Origin: an uncultured delta proteobacterium
GTDB lineage: Bacteria > Desulfobacterota > Desulfobacteria > Desulfobacterales > UBA5852
Assembly (NCBI GenBank): GCA_963730675.1
Contig: CAVSSY010000012.1
Span: forward strand, 99,008-163,007
Length of the DNA: 64,000 nucleotides
Reading direction: 5' to 3'
Shown here: piece by piece, positions 56,154 to 64,000 of the stretch
Layout: each line of letters begins with the position of its first letter
Numbering within the stretch: the first letter of the stretch is position 1
Translations under genes and position numbers: made by a program
Notes under the pieces: generated by a model
Seen by the model: the letters and a program-made list of their open reading frames with translations, nothing else
What the model was told of the DNA's origin: nothing
The model's database searches: none

Positions 56154-57710
56154 TTATCCGGTGGGGCGTTTGATACCGAGTTTTTTCATTTTCGATTGGA
56201 GCGTCGTGCGCTTCAACCCCAGAATTTTGGCGGCGCCTTGGGCGCCCGTGACCCGCCAGCCGGTTTTCTCGAGGACGCTTCGGATATGCCGGCGCTCGAC
56301 ATCCTCCAGTGTGCGCGCCGGCGCCCCGTCATCGGCTCTATACGCCGGCGGTTGCGGGTGCAGGGTGCTTCCGTTGCTAAGGATCATGGCGTGTTCGATG
56401 ATGTTTCGCAGTTCCCGGGCGTTCCCCGGCCAGGCGCAGCCCTGCAGGGCCTCCATGTTCCGGCGGGGGATGTGGTCGATGCGTTTGTTCAATTTTTTCT
56501 CGTTTTGTTTGACGAACATCCAGATCAGTGGGGGGATGTCCTCGACGCGCCCCCTGAGCGGCGGAATTGAAATGGGAAACACATTCAGCCGGTAGAAAAG
56601 GTCGCTGCGAAATTCTCCCGCGGCCACCTCCTGGTCCAGGTCGCGATTGGTGGCAGCGATGATGCGAACATCGACCTTCAGGGATTGGGTGGACCCCAGT
56701 CGCTCAAAGCGCCCCTCCTCGATGACGCGCAGCAGTTTCGCCTGCAGGTCAGGGGGCAATTCGCCGATCTCGTCCAGAAAAAGGGTGGACTTGTCAGCTA
56801 CCTCGAAGCGGCCGGCCATGCGGGTCAGAGCCCCGGTGTAGGCGCCTTTCTCCCGTCCGAAAAGTTCGCTTTCGATCAGTGTGGGGGGCAGGACGGCACA
56901 GTTGATGGTGATGAGCGGTCGTTCTTTCCGGTTGCTCAGGTTATGGATGGTGCGGGCCAGGAGTTCCTTGCCGGTGCCGGTCTCCCCTGTAAGCAGGACG
57001 GTGGCATCGGTACGGGCCACCTGTTCCACTTGGGCGAGCACCTGCTTCATGGCCGCGCTGCGACTGACAATCTCCGCGTGCCCATATTGCAGCATGATTT
57101 CATCCCGCAGGTAGACGTTCTCCTGCTCCAGATGCCGCTTCAACTGCTCGATCTCCGCAAATTGGTCGCCAAGCGCCTGCTCCGCCTGCTTGCGGGCAAG
57201 CGCATTGGCAAATATCTGGGCCACCAGTTGAAACTGTTGCACAACCGCCTCCGGCCAGGCCCTTTCCTTCCCCAGAACCGCAAAAGTCAGCAAGCCGAAT
57301 ACTTCCCCCCCGCCGACCGACAACGGAACGCCCACCATGGATTGGGTACCATAGTGGATGAAACTCTGCCGGTCGCGGTCTGCTTCCGCCGGAAGGTCGC
57401 GCATTCCCGAAATAACGAGCGTTTCCCCTTGCAGCACTTTTCGCAACGACCAGGGCCAGAAATCCTGGATGCTCATTTTCTCAGGTGGCCTGACACTTTC
57501 CGGCGGCTGATGCAAGTGGGTCAACTGCAGCGTCCCGGGTTTTCCCCTGGAGACTTGAAAGAGGGAGGAGCGATCAAGATGGAGCCGCTCGCAGACGCGG
57601 CGTTGGGCGGTTTCAATTTCACTGTCGATCCGATCGGCCGCGAGATTGATAAAAAAGGTCGATATTTCAGCCAGCAATCTCTCGAATTCCATTACGGTAT
57701 CCTGTCGCAC
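56154..57710 (-). CDS. sigma-54-dependent transcriptional activator, GAF sensor + AAA+ + Fis-type HTH
   Basis: GAF module paralogous to those of the kinase at 46792-48978. Walker [15 protein letters not shown] loop, [22 protein letters not shown]. Confidence 0.9.
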   Translation of the reverse strand: MRQDTVMEFERLLAEISTFFINLAADRIDSEIETAQRRVCERLHLDRSSLFQVSRGKPGTLQLTHLHQPPESVRPPEKMSIQDFWPWSLRKVLQGETLVISGMRDLPAEADRDRQSFIHYGTQSMVGVPLSVGGGEVFGLLTFAVLGKERAWPEAVVQQFQLVAQIFANALARKQAEQALGDQFAEIEQLKRHLEQENVYLRDEIMLQYGHAEIVSRSAAMKQVLAQVEQVARTDATVLLTGETGTGKELLARTIHNLSNRKERPLITINCAVLPPTLIESELFGREKGAYTGALTRMAGRFEVADKSTLFLDEIGELPPDLQAKLLRVIEEGRFERLGSTQSLKVDVRIIAATNRDLDQEVAAGEFRSDLFYRLNVFPISIPPLRGRVEDIPPLIWMFVKQNEKKLNKRIDHIPRRNMEALQGCAWPGNARELRNIIEHAMILSNGSTLHPQPPAYRADDGAPARTLEDVERRHIRSVLEKTGWRVTGAQGAAKILGLKRTTLQSKMKKLGIKRPTG

Positions 57711-57928
57711 AACTGTTTAGACCGGACTCAACAAGGCCGCCGAACGCTTTGCGGAGTTTGTAGAGGGCTCGGTGGGCTCGTGAAAGGCCTTGGCGTCCTC
57801 CGGTGTAACCTGGCGGCTAAAAGCCAAATCGGTTTCATAGAAGATTTCCGCAAGCTCGGTGGAGAGCGTTCCGCTTTCGAGAACCACGGCCGTGACGCTC
57901 TCCCTGGTGGGGCCATGGCTGCGGCTCT

Positions 57929-58594
57929 CTAATCCTTTGTGTCGGCCTGTTTGGGCTGCCAGCGTTCCTTCAATTCCGGCAGGTGTTCGCTGTGGGTCAA
58001 CAGGACGATTTCGTCGCCTTTTTTGAAACGGGTCTCTTCATCGATAAAGTTGAAGCCGTCGTCGCGGTAGTAAAACAGGGCCCGGGTATTTTCGGGCAGG
58101 TCCAGGGCGCCTTTCTCGTCCACCTCCTCTTTGCCGGCCACGAAGGTAAACAGGCGGGCATCGCTTTTCAGGACGGTGGACAGTTCCACACTGTCCAGAC
58201 CGCGCACCATATTTTCCAGGTGCCGGCTCATGGTGCGCACCGGGATGATGGTGTCTTCCAACCCCAGTTCGCGGCACAGCTGCTGGAGTTCGGCATTTTC
58301 GATGCTGGGCACCACCCGTTTGAAGCCCATGGAGCGCCCCAGAAGGGCAGTGATGACATTGACCTCGTCGCTGCTGGTGAGGCAGAACAGAAAGTCACAG
58401 TCCTTGGGATTCACCTGTCTGAGGATGTCCGGCTTGGCAGCGTCCCCGTGCACGAGACTGGCGTCCATGTCCTCCGCCAGGCGATCGATCGAGGCTTTGT
58501 CGTTTTCGATGATGATGACGTCGTGCCCTTCTTCGATCAAAGACCGGGCCGTGATCACGGTCATGGGGCCCGCGCCGCAGAATACGATGCGCAT
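57929..58594 (-). CDS. trkA: Trk potassium uptake system NAD-binding component TrkA (TrkA-N + TrkA-C)
   Basis: MRIVFCGAGPMT Rossmann start and a C-terminal RCK-C. Abuts trkH. Confidence 0.85.
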   Translation of the reverse strand: MRIVFCGAGPMTVITARSLIEEGHDVIIIENDKASIDRLAEDMDASLVHGDAAKPDILRQVNPKDCDFLFCLTSSDEVNVITALLGRSMGFKRVVPSIENAELQQLCRELGLEDTIIPVRTMSRHLENMVRGLDSVELSTVLKSDARLFTFVAGKEEVDEKGALDLPENTRALFYYRDDGFNFIDEETRFKKGDEIVLLTHSEHLPELKERWQPKQADTKD

Positions 58595-58595
58595 G

Positions 58596-60047
58596 TCATT
58601 CCTCCATTCGTTTGCCGAACCAGGTGCCGGGGGCCAGCAGGATCAGCCAGGCCATGATTTCAAGCCGCCCCAGCAGCATGTCGAGACATAGCACTGTTTT
58701 CAGAAAAGGGTGCAATTCCGGGCCGGCCACGCCCGCCGAAAGGCCCACCGTACCCATGGCCGAAACGACCTCGAAGAGCGCATCGAAGGGGTCGCTCCCC
58801 AATATGACGAACGGCAGCCAGGAGGCGGCCGTGAACAATACGAACACCAGCACGAGACAAAGGGCGTTCTGAATTTCATCCGTCTCGAGGCGCCGTCCGC
58901 CCAGGCGTGCCTCGACCAAGACATTCCGCGGTATGCCGACCCGCTTAATCAAGAGCTGAAGCAATCGCAGGAAAATCAGCAGGCGCAGAACCTTGATCCC
59001 GCCGGCCGTCGAGCCGATGCTGCCGCCGATAAACATGGAGGCTATCAGGACGAGTTTCGAGCCGGCATCGACGTTTGCCAGGTCGAGGGATGAAAACCCG
59101 GCCGTGGACTGGGCCGAAAGACCGTTCAAAGCGCCGTGCGTCAGGGCCTGCTGCCAGGAGTAGTGGCCACCGAGCAGGAGGGTGCCTGACAGGGCCAGGG
59201 TGGTGACCAGGCCCAGGACCAGATAGCCCTGGAGCTGACGATCCCGGGCGGGCACGCGTATCCCCTCACGGAAGGCGCGCTGATACAGCAGCAGCGAAAC
59301 GCCGCCGGCCACCGAGATCAGGATGACCGCAGCCTGGGCGGGAAGCCCCGGCAGGTTGCCCAGGCTGGCATCGTGCGGGGCGAAGCCCCCGGTGGAGATG
59401 GCGGCGAACGTATAAAGGACAGCCTCGAACCAGTCCGTTCCGAGCGCTCCCAGAAGGAGAATGCCCATGCCGGTGAGAACGGCGTAGACGATAAAGACCA
59501 GGCGGGCGCGCGCCCGGGTGCCCCCCGCCAGATCGTCTTCGTAGTTTTCGTGATCCCCCAGACGCTTGGCCACCAGGCCCGGCTGGATCAAGGTGGCCAG
59601 GGAGAGCACCACGATGCCGAGCCCGCCGATCCACTGCATCCAGGCCCGGGCAAACAGAAAGGCCGGCGACTTGCCGCTCATGGTCGCCGTAACGCTCAAA
59701 CCGGTGGTCGTGACGGCCGAGATCGTTTCAAACAAAGCATCCAGGAAATTCAGCCCGGAGGCCATCGTGGGCCAGGTCATGACCAGGGGGGTGAAGAGAA
59801 ACACCAAGGCCGTTATGACGATGGCCTCGTTGGTCTGCAACTGCTTGGGGGCCGGCAGGCGTTTGAGGCCGAACCCCAGGGCCAGAACCGCCGCGATCAC
59901 GACGCCGTAGCGCCAGCTCACCTGAAAATCCGCCGCCAGCAGGGCCACGCCGAGCGGCACGCACATCAAGAGCGCCAGAACAAAACACAGCTGACCGAAG
60001 TATTTCAGCACCGGCCGCGGGCGAACGGCATATCGCAGGGTGCGCAT
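58596..60047 (-). CDS. trkH: TrkH-family potassium transporter
   Basis: 483 aa polytopic, with repeated selectivity-filter-like TTGG/STGG/SAGV loops (VTTTGLS, ISTGGFA, STAGFS, MGTVGLS). Confidence 0.85.
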   Translation of the reverse strand: MRTLRYAVRPRPVLKYFGQLCFVLALLMCVPLGVALLAADFQVSWRYGVVIAAVLALGFGLKRLPAPKQLQTNEAIVITALVFLFTPLVMTWPTMASGLNFLDALFETISAVTTTGLSVTATMSGKSPAFLFARAWMQWIGGLGIVVLSLATLIQPGLVAKRLGDHENYEDDLAGGTRARARLVFIVYAVLTGMGILLLGALGTDWFEAVLYTFAAISTGGFAPHDASLGNLPGLPAQAAVILISVAGGVSLLLYQRAFREGIRVPARDRQLQGYLVLGLVTTLALSGTLLLGGHYSWQQALTHGALNGLSAQSTAGFSSLDLANVDAGSKLVLIASMFIGGSIGSTAGGIKVLRLLIFLRLLQLLIKRVGIPRNVLVEARLGGRRLETDEIQNALCLVLVFVLFTAASWLPFVILGSDPFDALFEVVSAMGTVGLSAGVAGPELHPFLKTVLCLDMLLGRLEIMAWLILLAPGTWFGKRMEE

Positions 60048-60160
60048 GGCTCTCCTCGTATCCGTTGGGGGCGGTGATCAGGGACGGCCGCTGTGACGTC
60101 AGGTCACAACCGGACAGCCGACAGCGGCCCAGGCCGCCATCGATCCCAAGCTGCTTTCAA

Positions 60161-60625
60161 CTACTCGAATTCCGCCTTGGCCTTGTCGAAGGCCGTGTCC
60201 AGCTTTTTCATGGCCGCATCCATGCCGGCCTTGAGCTCGTTCCAGGCTTGTCCGCCGGACGTTTTCAATTTCTCGTACTGTTGGGCGGCGGCATCTTTTT
60301 CGGTCCGCAAGGTCTTCAAACTCGCTTCCAGCTTGGCCCGGCCTTCGGCCGTCATCTCATCCGCACCGGTCTGGATTTTGTCCCCCAGGGCGCCGATGTC
60401 GCGGTCCAGTTCTTCCAGCCGGGCGTCGATCTTCTGCATATAGGCCTCTTTTTGCTCCATCGTGTAATCGGCAGCGGTATCCACTGCTTCGGCCGCTTTG
60501 TTTTTGACATCTTCGGCCGTAACCTTGGTTTTGGGTTTGGGGGTTTCTTCCTGGCTGCTGCAAGACACTGCAAAGGCCAGGGCCAAGATAATGCATGTGG
60601 CGATAAGGCCTGTTCTCGTTTTCAT
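60161..60625 (-). CDS. hypothetical helical lipoprotein (154 aa)
   Basis: Start moved to MKTRTGLIATCIILALAFAVSC (lipobox), with AAGGAGA upstream. Charged helical remainder. Confidence 0.6.
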   Translation of the reverse strand: MKTRTGLIATCIILALAFAVSCSSQEETPKPKTKVTAEDVKNKAAEAVDTAADYTMEQKEAYMQKIDARLEELDRDIGALGDKIQTGADEMTAEGRAKLEASLKTLRTEKDAAAQQYEKLKTSGGQAWNELKAGMDAAMKKLDTAFDKAKAEFE

Positions 60626-60750
60626 GATGGTTCTCCTTGCATGACACTGTTCGTAGAACGTCGTGCCGCTTCGTGTTTGCAGCGCTCCAGCCGCAAACGA
60701 ACTTTTAAACCAACGATATTCAACGCCGTACGGTTGCGCCGATTTGCAGA

Positions 60751-60921
60751 CTATGCCCGCGGTCTTGCGCGCATGCCGAAGATGAGGGAGATGATAAACA
60801 GCACGACAAAAATGAAGAAGAGAATCTTGGCGATCCCGGCCGCTGCGACGGCAATGCCCGTAAAACCGAAGATGCCGGCGATCAGGGCAATGACGAAAAA
60901 TACCAGGGCCCAATATAACAT
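60751..60921 (-). CDS. DUF1328 (UPF0391/YtjA-like) small membrane protein (56 aa)
   Basis: [56 protein letters not shown], with GGAGG upstream. Below the track cut-off. Confidence 0.7.
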   Translation of the reverse strand: MLYWALVFFVIALIAGIFGFTGIAVAAAGIAKILFFIFVVLFIISLIFGMRARPRA

Positions 60922-61317
60922 GGTGACCTCCTTTAGCCTTTTTAAGGTTTCAGAATCGCGCCCCGGCCTCGGAAACAGACCGCGCGACGCAAATGCCGAT
61001 AGAGGTTATGTTAAGCAAGGGATTTATGGCCGACAATGAGGTCAATTGCTGATCTTGCGGCTGCAAACCGCTACTCTTCATAACATCTGAAGGCCTCACC
61101 GCGTGGGATATATAATTTCACTTGCAACGCCTTTCGCCAGACGGGTGGGGTTTCTGCCGAAAGCGATCTCATCATATCCCCAAGATCGGCAACCGTGTCT
61201 CGAATATGGTCTGCTTTCATCCCGAATACAGGACCTACCTGATTGGAAGTCCATCCCAGGTGATCGATAATAACATTTCGTACCTAATGCCATCTTAACC
61301 GGAGAAGGAGCGCCGCT

Positions 61318-61365
61318 ATGGCCTTCGGGAGCAGTCGGCTGCACCTGCCAGGCCGTTTCCGTTGA
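61318..61365 (+). CDS. 15-codon upstream ORF (MAFGSSRLHLPGRFR) ending inside the mgtC ribosome-binding region
   Basis: GAAGGAG lies 7 nt upstream of ATG 61318. Stop TGA at 61363-61365 overlaps by one base (61365) the AAAGGAG (61365-61371) that serves mgtC. Confidence 0.3.
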   Translation: MAFGSSRLHLPGRFR

Positions 61366-61378
61366 AAGGAGTTTGAGG

Positions 61379-61846
61379 ATGATCGGATCGCAACTGGCGG
61401 ACATTCAATGGTGGGAGATCCTGGAGCGCCTCTGGCACATGCTCGGCGCCTATATCCTGGCCATTCCCATCGGCCTCGACCGGGAAAAGAGCCGCCGGCA
61501 GTTCGGTCTGCGCACCTTTCCGCTCGTGGCGGTGGTGTCCTGCGGGTTCATGATGGCGGGCATGTCCGTCATCGGGGGCGCCGACGGCGAGGCCCGGATT
61601 TTTCAGGGCGTTGTCACCGGTATCGGATTCATCGGCGGCGGGGCCATCTTCAAGGGCGAAGACAAGGTGTCCGGCACGGCCTCGGCCGCCAGTATCTGGA
61701 ATTGCGGCGCCATCGGTTTGGCCGTGGCCTACAGCCGCTTCGAAATCGCCATCGCCTTGAGCGTTCTGAACGTCCTGACCCTCTGGCTGTTCGGCCGGGT
61801 CAAACGCGAAGTCATTCACGAAAACGATGATGACGAAACTTCATAA
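61379..61846 (+). CDS. mgtC: MgtC/SapB family membrane protein
   Basis: GLDREKSRRQFGLRTFPLVAVVSCGFMM...GVVTGIGFIGGGAIFK...GTASAASIWNCGAIGLAV. Start set at ATG 61379, 7 nt after AAAGGAG. Confidence 0.85.
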   Translation: MIGSQLADIQWWEILERLWHMLGAYILAIPIGLDREKSRRQFGLRTFPLVAVVSCGFMMAGMSVIGGADGEARIFQGVVTGIGFIGGGAIFKGEDKVSGTASAASIWNCGAIGLAVAYSRFEIAIALSVLNVLTLWLFGRVKREVIHENDDDETS

Positions 61847-62053
61847 GGGTTCAGGACCTCAGATCGCGTTTTTTGCAAGGCGCCGCTTGATGGAGAAGGG
61901 AAGCCTATTCAAAAAATGGGTGGGCGTTTTGAAGATCGCCGCATCACCGCCATAGGGCCTTGGATGGGGGTTTGAAACTTATCATCGATGACCAACCCGG
62001 AAGCCGCCCTTGCCGACAGGGGCGGCGTGCCAGACAAAAGAAAGTGAGGCGTC

Positions 62054-62263
62054 ATGAAACGTTCCAAGATATTGAGCGTGTTGTTAATCGTGCTGTTGAT
62101 CGCGGCCTTCGTGTCCTGCGAGCAGGAAGGACCCGCCGAGAAAGCCGGGAAGAAGATCGATGAAACCATGGAAAAAGCCGGCGACAAGATGGAAGAAGCC
62201 GGCGAGGCGGTCCAGGAAAAAACCGAAGAAATGAAGGAGAAGGCCAAAGAGGCCGTCCAATAG
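62054..62263 (+). CDS. small Lys/Glu-rich lipoprotein (69 aa)
   Basis: Lipobox IAAFVSC, then repeated EKAG.K..E helices. Confidence 0.5.
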   Translation: MKRSKILSVLLIVLLIAAFVSCEQEGPAEKAGKKIDETMEKAGDKMEEAGEAVQEKTEEMKEKAKEAVQ

Positions 62264-62266
62264 CCG

Positions 62267-62431
62267 ATGGCTGACAAGGGGCGCCATAGCGGCAAGCGCG
62301 GTTCGGGAGAGCGCCGCGGCGGGCCGGGCCCCTTCGGCCGTGTTTTGCTGATCCTGTTGCTGGTGGGGTTGGTGTGGCTGGTCGGAAAGGGGGTTCTCAC
62401 CCTGTGGCGCATGCTGTCGGCCGGGCTCTGA
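62267..62431 (+). CDS. possible 54-aa membrane protein
   Basis: ATG lies 3 nt after the preceding stop. Basic N-terminus plus one TM helix (VLLILLLVGLVWLVG). No RBS seen; weak call. Confidence 0.25.
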   Translation: MADKGRHSGKRGSGERRGGPGPFGRVLLILLLVGLVWLVGKGVLTLWRMLSAGL

Positions 62432-62551
62432 GGGGGTTGGGCCTGGTGCCGTTGGCCGGATTTACTCCCGCAGGCGGGATCGTCCATCCGGCGCAACGAG
62501 TCCTCCGACCGGCTTCGTTGCAACAACTGCCGGCCGTCGTTAGCACGGCGC

Positions 62552-64000
62552 TCAGGAAGATACAGGGCGGCCGTCGCTACGGCGATGAAAAAGGGAATAG
62601 ACCACCGGGATCAGGACCAGTGTTATCAGGGTGGAGCCGGTAAGACCCCCCACCACGGCGCGCGCCAACGGGGCCTGGGCGTCGGAGCCTTCACCAATGC
62701 CCAGCGCCAGGGGCAGCAGGCCCAGGATGGTGGTCAGGGTGGTCATCAAAATCGGGCGCAAACGGCGGCGGCCGGCTTCGATAAGGGCTTCGCGGGTGGG
62801 GTGGCCTTCCTGGATCAGGCGTCCGGCCTGGTCCACCAGGAGGATGGCGTTGTTCACCACGATGCCCCCCAGCATGATGCAGCCGATATAAGACTGCACA
62901 TTCAGCGTCGTGCCCGTCAGGAACAGGGTCACCAGGACCCCGATAACGGCCAGGGGAACCGAAAACATGACCACCAGCGGATCCCGCAGGGATTCATACT
63001 GGCAGGCCAGGACCATGTAGACCAGGACCAGGGCCAGGACGAGGGAAATCACCAGTTCCCGGAACGCTTTCTGCTGTTCTTCGAACTTGCCGGCCACGCT
63101 CAGGTCGTAGCCCACGGGGCGAGGGATCCCATCGAGCAGGGCCTGCACCTCCGTGGCCACCGACCCCAGGTCGCGTCCGGCGACATTGGCCGTCACCGTC
63201 ACCTGCCGCTGCTGGTCCTTGCGTTCGATCAGGACCGGACCCCGGCTGGCTTGGGCGGCGACGACATTGCGCAGGGCCACTTTTTCCCCGGAATCGGTGG
63301 TCAGGGCAAGATCGAGAATTTCATCCAGGCTGCGCTTCTCCGCATCCTTGAGCTGGACCAGGATGCGGTAGGAATGGCCCTCCCGGCGGAATTCGCCGGC
63401 CTTGGAGCCCGCCACCGCGGTTTGCAGCATTTCGGTGACATCGCGAATGCTCAGTCCGAGATCGGCCACTTTAGCGCGGTTGACCCGGATGTCCTGCTGC
63501 GGGATGCCGGCTTCGAGACTGGTATCCAAATCCGTAACGCCCGGCACCGCCTTGATGAGGGCCGCGGCCCGCCCGGCCAGCGCATCGAGGGTCGCCAGGT
63601 CGTAGCCGCGAATCTCGACCGTCAAGCCCTCATCGCCGCCCAGGATGCGGTCCAGAATAAACTGCCCCTGGGGCGCCCGGACGCGGATTTCCATACCGGG
63701 CACGCGGCCCGCCAAGCGCCGCCGCAAATCTTCGGCGATGGCCACATTGGAGCGCTCGCGCTGGGCGGCCGGCACCAGGGACAGGCGGATTTCCCCCTCG
63801 GCCCCGGCGTTTGCCCGCCAGCCGGTGGCGCCCACACGGACCACCCAGGCCGAAGCCTCCGGCACGGCCGGCAGGACGATCTGTTCCATGCGGCGGGCCT
63901 GCCGGTCTACCAGTTCGAGGCGGGTGCCGACTTCCATCTTGCCGGTGACGCGCACCTCGCCTTCATCGCTGGGGGGGAGAAATTCCGTACCGATCAGGGG
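62552..64000 (-). CDS. RND efflux permease (AcrB/HAE family), C-terminal part; continues beyond the right edge
   Basis: C-terminal TM bundle with [19 protein letters not shown] and [17 protein letters not shown]. The frame is still open at 64000. Confidence 0.8.
   Translation of the reverse strand, partial: PLIGTEFLPPSDEGEVRVTGKMEVGTRLELVDRQARRMEQIVLPAVPEASAWVVRVGATGWRANAGAEGEIRLSLVPAAQRERSNVAIAEDLRRRLAGRVPGMEIRVRAPQGQFILDRILGGDEGLTVEIRGYDLATLDALAGRAAALIKAVPGVTDLDTSLEAGIPQQDIRVNRAKVADLGLSIRDVTEMLQTAVAGSKAGEFRREGHSYRILVQLKDAEKRSLDEILDLALTTDSGEKVALRNVVAAQASRGPVLIERKDQQRQVTVTANVAGRDLGSVATEVQALLDGIPRPVGYDLSVAGKFEEQQKAFRELVISLVLALVLVYMVLACQYESLRDPLVVMFSVPLAVIGVLVTLFLTGTTLNVQSYIGCIMLGGIVVNNAILLVDQAGRLIQEGHPTREALIEAGRRRLRPILMTTLTTILGLLPLALGIGEGSDAQAPLARAVVGGLTGSTLITLVLIPVVYSLFHRRSDGRPVSS

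Noticed and set aside
60065-61039. 324-aa plus-strand ORF and the 250-aa version of the minus-strand ORF 60161-60913
   Set aside because: The region is better explained by two short minus-strand genes with good SDs: a lipoprotein at 60161-60625 and DUF1328 at 60751-60921. The long ORFs have no recognisable features.
60922-61317. Possible M-box (ykoK) Mg2+ riboswitch in the long mgtC leader
   Set aside because: The conserved GTTAGGTGAGGC and GCTAAAGCTCTAC blocks are absent. Only loose fragments (CCAGGTGAT, CTGCCGAAAG) are present. An Rfam RF00380 scan would settle it.
1-64000. CRISPR arrays, transposases, integrases, prophage genes, toxin-antitoxin pairs and known defence-system genes
   Set aside because: I read both strands and found no regularly spaced direct repeats, no DDE or tyrosine/serine recombinase motifs, and no recognisable defence domains. 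The only mobile-element-like trace is the frameshifted primase-like gene.

Overview
64-kb chromosomal window, visibly GC-rich (roughly 55-60% by eye, with lower-GC patches). Gene content (two sigma-54 enhancer-binding proteins, a glycyl radical enzyme, a Tat-exported cofactor enzyme) suggests an anaerobic Desulfobacterota-like bacterium; that assignment is inference only. I support about 57 protein-coding genes, and all but three are on the minus strand. I found no rRNA, tRNA, CRISPR array, transposase or integrase.

Gene blocks:
- 0.4-15.3 kb: envelope and osmotic-stress genes (cfa, DUF948, YtxH, CsbD, lmo0937-like, BON-MscS, NhaP-type antiporter, ClsB, RNB ribonuclease, BON lipoprotein, LapA-like, FtsH), plus a frameshifted primase-like gene.
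- 15.6-22.5 kb: PAS sigma-54 activator, alpha/beta-hydrolase lipoprotein, DUF4105, SYLF protein.
- 22.5-27.8 kb: Zn-dehydrogenase, GH13 and GH63-like glycoside hydrolases.
- 28.2-44.6 kb: an accessory-looking catabolic block (described below).
- 44.6-49.0 kb: lipoprotein, two response regulators, GAF-GAF-PAS histidine kinase.
- 49.1-55.2 kb: RND efflux pump.
- 55.6-60.0 kb: ABM protein, GAF sigma-54 activator, TrkA/TrkH.
- 60.2-64.0 kb: small stress-type proteins, MgtC, and a partial second RND pump.

The catabolic block contains a Tat-signal EutB-EutC fusion, a DszB-like protein, and a DUF2092 gene with a low-complexity secreted protein gene. These are followed by a glycyl-radical-enzyme operon (Fe-S protein, activase, degenerate PFK-like protein, GRE), then SLC13 and BASS transporters and a CoA-disulfide-reductase/rhodanese fusion.

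Best candidate for an undescribed system: the GRE operon at 33.8-39.7 kb. It has an atypical Cys loop and unusual accessory genes, together with its transporter and sulfur-redox neighbours. The adjacent Tat-EutBC and DszB-like genes are also unusual.

Non-coding structure found by eye:
- a 31-nt motif present three times upstream of stress operons;
- an identical 24-nt palindromic element present three times in intergenic regions;
- a ~70-nt direct repeat flanking a two-gene module;
- a perfect 14-bp palindrome upstream of the GRE;
- an orphan sigma-54-type promoter;
- a short uORF abutting the mgtC ribosome-binding site.

All family calls come from motif recognition and memory. No database search was run.
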